The notes beneath the pieces are model-generated. The model did no database searches. It saw nothing but the letters and a program-made list of their open reading frames with translations, and was not told where the DNA came from. The translations under genes and the position numbers were made by a program. Shown here piece by piece: positions 59,552 to 64,000 of a stretch of 64,000 nt of DNA (the first letter of the stretch is position 1; the number at the start of each line of letters is the position of its first letter). Origin of the DNA: a bacterium. Its GTDB lineage: Bacteria; UBA8248; JACPRG01; G963555815. Location of the stretch: positions 288,001 through 352,000 of the forward strand of contig OZ244653.1 of NCBI GenBank assembly GCA_965218795.1, read 5' to 3'.

Positions 59552-59573
59552 GGGGTCGCTCCCTTTGGGAGGC

Positions 59574-60167
59574 TTAGGGCGAATTCCGCCGGACGCGGCG
59601 TCGTTCAGCGATAATGATGGACTTCAACTCCGCCACGGAATGTTCGAGATCGTGGTTGACGATGGTGTAATCGTACTCGTTGCGCCAGGCCAGCTCGCTC
59701 TTGGCGTGTTGGAGACGCCGCTCGATGACCTCTTCTGAGTCCGCTTTTCTCTCCCTCAGCCTGTTTTCCAGGAGTTCGAGAGAAGGGGGCTGAATGAAAA
59801 TCGTCACCGCCTCACGGAACTTGCGGCTGACGCTTCGGGCTCCCTGAATCTCAATGGCCATGATCGTATCGATTCCCTTCGCCCGGTTCTCTTGAATCGA
59901 GTCGGCTGGCGTCCCGTAAAGATTGCCGTAGACTTCGGCCCATTCGAGAAGACGGTCTTCCGCGATCCTTCGCTCGAATTCCGGTCGATCCAGGAAGACG
60001 TAATCGACCAGATCCCGCTCGCCGGGACGGGGGGGACGCGTCGTGCACGAGACGGACCGCTTGAGATTGGGGACGGATTCAACGGCGCCGATTACGATCG
60101 ACGTCTTCCCCCCCCCGGAAGGGGAAGACACCACAAAGATCAGGCCTTTCCCTTTTCCCTTCTCCAC
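59574..60167 (-). CDS. gmk: Guanylate kinase
   Basis: SPSGGGKT, SCTTRPPRPGE, EWAEVYGNLYGT. Confidence 0.97.
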   Translation of the reverse strand: MEKGKGKGLIFVVSSPSGGGKTSIVIGAVESVPNLKRSVSCTTRPPRPGERDLVDYVFLDRPEFERRIAEDRLLEWAEVYGNLYGTPADSIQENRAKGIDTIMAIEIQGARSVSRKFREAVTIFIQPPSLELLENRLRERKADSEEVIERRLQHAKSELAWRNEYDYTIVNHDLEHSVAELKSIIIAERRRVRRNSP

Positions 60168-60202
60168 GGATTCATCGGTCCTTCTTCACAGCGCGAACGT
60201 AT

Positions 60203-61084
60203 TTATTCAAGATTCTGGGCCTGTTCGCGGATTTTTTCCAGCACCCCTTTTAGGTCGATCACCAGTGCCGAAACGCGCGTATCCAGCGCCTTGGACCCCA
60301 CGGTATTCGCCTCTCGGTGCATTTCCTGCAAGAGGAAGTCCAGCTTGCGCCCGGCGGGACTGCCGACGACCAACTGATCCCGGAACTGTCCGATATGGCT
60401 TTCGAGCCGGGTGACCTCCTCCGACGTATCGCTGCGCTGAGTCAAGAAGACGATCTCCTGCTCCAGGCGGCCTGGATCGGGCTGAACGTCCCCGTCCAAT
60501 AAGCCATCTAAACGATTCCGTAACCGCTCCCGATATTCTTCGACCGTCGACGGGACGGTTTCCTTGAGTTGCGTCACCAGGCCGTCGACTTCATTGACCC
60601 GGTTGGAGATGTCTTCGGCGAGGGCCATTCCCTCCGTCCGCCGCATCTCTTCCAGACTGCCGAGGGCTTCGTCCAACGCATGCCGGATGGATTCGGAAGG
60701 AGCTTCTTCGGCCCCCCCGTTCTCATCGGTGAGAAAGATTTCCCGGATTCGGGCCAGGGATTCCACGGTTATTTCCCCGGACAGTCCGAACTCTTCTTTC
60801 AGGGACTTGAGTCCGGCCACATATTGATCGGCGACGGCGCGGTCCAGGCGGATTTCGCGGCCCGCTGCAGGGTTCCCTGAAATCGTGATCGATACGTCAA
60901 ACTTGCCCCGGTCAAACCGTGCCCGGACGGTTTCCCGGATCACCGGCTCAAGGGAGGCGAGGACGCGGGAGGCTTTCACGGTGACCTCAAAATAGCGGTG
61001 GTTCACGGACCGGACTTCAACGATGGCCGTTTGATTTTGATTCTCTGCCGTTCCCTTTCCCCAACCCGTCATGCTGCGCCACAT
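60203..61084 (-). CDS. yicC: YicC/YloC family endoribonuclease
   Basis: SMTGWG, SVNHRY, EEVTRLESH, GRKLDFLLQEMHREANT, IREQAQNLE. Confidence 0.95.
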   Translation of the reverse strand: MWRSMTGWGKGTAENQNQTAIVEVRSVNHRYFEVTVKASRVLASLEPVIRETVRARFDRGKFDVSITISGNPAAGREIRLDRAVADQYVAGLKSLKEEFGLSGEITVESLARIREIFLTDENGGAEEAPSESIRHALDEALGSLEEMRRTEGMALAEDISNRVNEVDGLVTQLKETVPSTVEEYRERLRNRLDGLLDGDVQPDPGRLEQEIVFLTQRSDTSEEVTRLESHIGQFRDQLVVGSPAGRKLDFLLQEMHREANTVGSKALDTRVSALVIDLKGVLEKIREQAQNLE

Positions 61085-61141
61085 AAATACGCTCCGTCGG
61101 CCAAAATACCCCTGTAGGCCGGTTAGTGGTTTAAAAACAAA

Positions 61142-61213
61142 TACATATCAGTGTTTTACCCCAATGTCAAATACAAATTTCCATTTGAACGTTTCATCAG
61201 ACCTGTTTATATT
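61142..61213. promoter_or_regulatory. Back-to-back promoters for yicC and rqcH
   Basis: Minus strand TTGACA-17-TATGTA (61170-61142). Plus strand TTGAAC-17-TATATT (61185-61213). Confidence 0.5.
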
Positions 61214-61232
61214 TAGTATGAAAGGAGAATCT

Positions 61233-63344
61233 ATGGATTCATTTTCGTTGAAGGCGATTGCGACAGAACTCGATACTTATCTGCGCGGCGGAACCATTGA
61301 AAAGGTCAGCCAACCCCAAAAATCGATGATCCTGCTGGAGATCAAGCCCCCCCGGCTCTCGAGCAGGGCTTCAAAGGAAATTTTTCAGTCTCTCCCCCGA
61401 CTCAGTCCGAAGAAACCCTTCCGCCTCCTGATCTCTGTAGATCACAAGTTGCCCAGAGTTCATCTGACAGGGTCGGAGTTCGAGAACCCGAAGACCGCTC
61501 CGCCGTTTTGTATGTTGTTGCGAAAGTATATTGTCGGAGGAAGGGTCGTGAGCATGACGCTTCGGGGTGTCGAGCGGGTTTTGAATCTGGTCGTTGAGAA
61601 AAGGGATCCCGTCGGCAGGATCCAGCGATTCACCCTGATCGGGGAGATAATGGGTCGCCACAGCAACTTGTTCGTCCTGGATTCCCGTACGGGGATCATC
61701 CTCGATGTTCTGAAACCGGTTTCTCCGTCCAAGAGCAGCGTCCGGGATCTGCAACGGAACGCCCCATACGCCTCCCCGCCGGAGCAGGAAAAAGAAGATC
61801 CCCTGAGCATCGGCGAGGACCGATTCATCGAGTTGAGCGAACGGGCTCGCAAGAGAAGCAAGGGGAAATCCGTCTCGCCCCGTTGGTTGGTGGACACGTT
61901 TGCGGGATTCAGTCCCGATGTGGCCGGCTACATCGCCGACGGGGGCAAGAAGGGTTCGTTATGGGAGGTTTTCCAGGACACTCGGGAACGGTTCCTGGAG
62001 GGACGGTTTTCGCCGGGCATCATGACCCTCGAGGAAGGCGATGAGGGGGCCTTGTGGGTTCTTCCGGTTCCCGAGGGTATGCGCCTCGGCCCTTTCAAGA
62101 GCGCAAATGCGGCGGCCGATGAGCTCTACGGCCGGTCTTGGCAAAACAAAAGACTGGAGGAGGCCCGGAGCGCTCTTCGCAAGAAAACGACCGTCGTGGT
62201 GAAGAGGAAGCGTAGAGCGGCGGAGCAGGTTCGAGGTGAAATGGCCCGTGCCGAAGAGGCGGATGCTCATCAGCGAAAGGGAGAGCTCCTGTTGACGAAC
62301 CTGGAATCCGTTCCCCGGGGCGTCGAGTCCATTCGACTGCGGGATTCGGTCAGCGGCGATGAAGTTGAGATTCCTCTGGACGTCAAGCTGAAACCCCAAC
62401 AAAACGCCGAGTGGTATTTCTCCCGAGCCAAGAAGCTTCGCCGCGCGGCCGGCCACGGCCGGGGCCGGCTGAAAGAGCTGGAGGGGGAGATCAGGAAATT
62501 TGAATCTCTCATTCGGCGGATGGATTCCGCGGAGGGGCTCGATTCCCTGGACCCCATCGCGACGGAGGTTCAGCAACTCTCCCAGGACAAGAAGGAGAAG
62601 GAATCGGTTCGGAAGAAGAGCGTCGAAGACAAATCCGATCGAGGTCGCAAAGGAGGCGGGGAGCCCGCCGAGAAGAGTCCCCAAAGAAAGAAGACGAGGG
62701 CCGAAGAAAAGTCGGGTGTTGCGGGTTCTCAGCCCCGCGCCGGGGAAAAAGATTCCGTCCAAAGAAAGCGTGTCGAGGGAATCGCCGCAGCGCAGCCGGG
62801 GAAGAAAGGAGACCGCTCCGACAAGTCCGATCAACCCGCCCCAAAAGACGGGACCCGTCGAAGTCTCGAGGACACCCGCACGCCGGAGGATCCTCCCAAG
62901 GCCGCGGCCACGAGAAAGAAATCGAGCGATTACCGAAGTTTCAATCTGGAGGGGGGCTGGGAGATTCTTGTGGGTAAAAACGATCGCGGCAACGATCACC
63001 TCCTCCGCCGGGTTGCGAAAGGAGAGGACCTTTGGTTGCATGCCCAGGGGTTGCCCGGCTCTCACGTGATCGTCCACCACGGGGAGCGAGGCCGGGAGGT
63101 TCCTCCCGACGTGGTGGAGAATGCCGCCCAGCTTGCCGCTTATTACAGCAAAGGGAAAACCTCGGGAAAACAAGCTGTCGATTATCTGCCCGTCAAGCGG
63201 CTGCGGCGGATCAAGGGGGGGAGGCCCGGTCAGGTGACCTTCAACGGCCAGCGGACCATTACGGTCTCACCCAACATCCCCCCGGGGTTGCGTGAATCCG
63301 GCAATCCGTCCCATGATCAGACGGCTGTTGACGAGGCTGTCTAA
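61233..63344 (+). CDS. rqcH: NFACT/RqcH (FbpA-like) ribosome quality control protein
   Basis: PPFCMLLRKY, EIMGRHSN, NAEWYFSRAKK, VGKN, DLWLHA..PGSHV, AAQLAAYYSK. AAAGGAG RBS. Confidence 0.92.
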   Translation: MDSFSLKAIATELDTYLRGGTIEKVSQPQKSMILLEIKPPRLSSRASKEIFQSLPRLSPKKPFRLLISVDHKLPRVHLTGSEFENPKTAPPFCMLLRKYIVGGRVVSMTLRGVERVLNLVVEKRDPVGRIQRFTLIGEIMGRHSNLFVLDSRTGIILDVLKPVSPSKSSVRDLQRNAPYASPPEQEKEDPLSIGEDRFIELSERARKRSKGKSVSPRWLVDTFAGFSPDVAGYIADGGKKGSLWEVFQDTRERFLEGRFSPGIMTLEEGDEGALWVLPVPEGMRLGPFKSANAAADELYGRSWQNKRLEEARSALRKKTTVVVKRKRRAAEQVRGEMARAEEADAHQRKGELLLTNLESVPRGVESIRLRDSVSGDEVEIPLDVKLKPQQNAEWYFSRAKKLRRAAGHGRGRLKELEGEIRKFESLIRRMDSAEGLDSLDPIATEVQQLSQDKKEKESVRKKSVEDKSDRGRKGGGEPAEKSPQRKKTRAEEKSGVAGSQPRAGEKDSVQRKRVEGIAAAQPGKKGDRSDKSDQPAPKDGTRRSLEDTRTPEDPPKAAATRKKSSDYRSFNLEGGWEILVGKNDRGNDHLLRRVAKGEDLWLHAQGLPGSHVIVHHGERGREVPPDVVENAAQLAAYYSKGKTSGKQAVDYLPVKRLRRIKGGRPGQVTFNGQRTITVSPNIPPGLRESGNPSHDQTAVDEAV

Positions 63345-63427
63345 GTTCTGAATCCGTATCATCCGAAAACGGCACTCCGGGTTCAGGTTCCTCCGGGCCT
63401 TTTTGTGCGGAAGCAAGGAGGTAGGAA

Positions 63428-64000
63428 TTGTTCGCGTCTGCGCCCGTTCTCGCCCTCATCACGGCGTTTTGTATCGGAACGGCCGACTTCTCCACACATT
63501 ACGGTCTTCGCCACGTCAAGCCTTTGCGGGGCTCTTTCTTCGGCCTCTGCTTCCAATGGCTTACGACCCTGGTCATCCTCCTGATTCTGGGTGAATCCTG
63601 GGAGATCAAGGACTGGCGCGGGCCGATTTACTTCTTCTTGGCGGGAATCCTCCATCCCGGAGCCTTTTACGTTCTTCTCTTGATTTCCATTCAGCGTCTG
63701 GGCCCCGCCCGGGCCATCACGTTCAAGGGAACCTCTCCTTTCTGGGGCGTGGCTATTGCGGTGGCGTTTCTCGGGGAACGGCCGAACCTGGCGATCTATG
63801 CCGGACTGTTTCTGGTCGGGTTCGGCGTGATGTATCTGACCTCGGAGCGAAGCGGGAAGATCGGTGCGACCGAGCATGCGCTTTGGCCTCTGGCAGCGGC
63901 GTTTTTCTCCGGACTCGCCCCCAATCTGGCGAAAGTTGCGCTTCGTTATCTGGAGAGTCCCTTCCTCGGGGTCATCTTTGCGGTCGGAGGCGGGATCGTC
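63428..64000 (+). CDS. DMT/EamA family transporter (partial, runs off the window end)
   Basis: Not in ORF track. LALITAFCIG...FFLAGILHPG...SIQRLGPARA...SPFWGVAIAVAFLGE. AAGGAGG RBS before TTG. Confidence 0.88.
   Translation, partial: MFASAPVLALITAFCIGTADFSTHYGLRHVKPLRGSFFGLCFQWLTTLVILLILGESWEIKDWRGPIYFFLAGILHPGAFYVLLLISIQRLGPARAITFKGTSPFWGVAIAVAFLGERPNLAIYAGLFLVGFGVMYLTSERSGKIGATEHALWPLAAAFFSGLAPNLAKVALRYLESPFLGVIFAVGGGIV

Overview
GC-rich bacterial chromosome segment; the gene orders (yicC-gmk-coaBC-udg, folK-dNK-panC, DapL-type lysine pathway, CxxxY-type CcmE) suggest a Nitrospinota/Tectomicrobia- or deltaproteobacteria-like lineage, which is an inference. It is mostly housekeeping: speD plus a pyruvoyl arginine decarboxylase, ilvC, a cytochrome c maturation operon, trpFBA, ftsK, argH-lysA-dapF-dapA-ctpA-dapB, dapL-folK-dNK-panC, a TPR-TPR-exbB-exbD-tonB operon, yicC-gmk-coaBC-udg and rqcH, with small catabolic clusters in between. 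I saw no rRNA, tRNA, CRISPR array, integrase or transposase. The most notable observations are: (1) a radical SAM/SPASM gene with its own predicted promoter between 186-bp direct repeats of a host gene's 3' end; (2) a TonB/ExbBD operon with no receptor but two very large exported TPR proteins, one carrying a TonB-box-like motif; (3) a hybrid Ccm system with Cys-type CcmE, an atypical CcmH and two CcmI-like accessory proteins; (4) a 170-bp MITE with terminal inverted repeats and a target duplication, plus a second REP-bearing insertion; (5) several genes or gene remnants missing from the ORF track; (6) candidate structured leaders before speD, ilvC, coxG and dapL. All assignments come from manual motif recognition without database searches.
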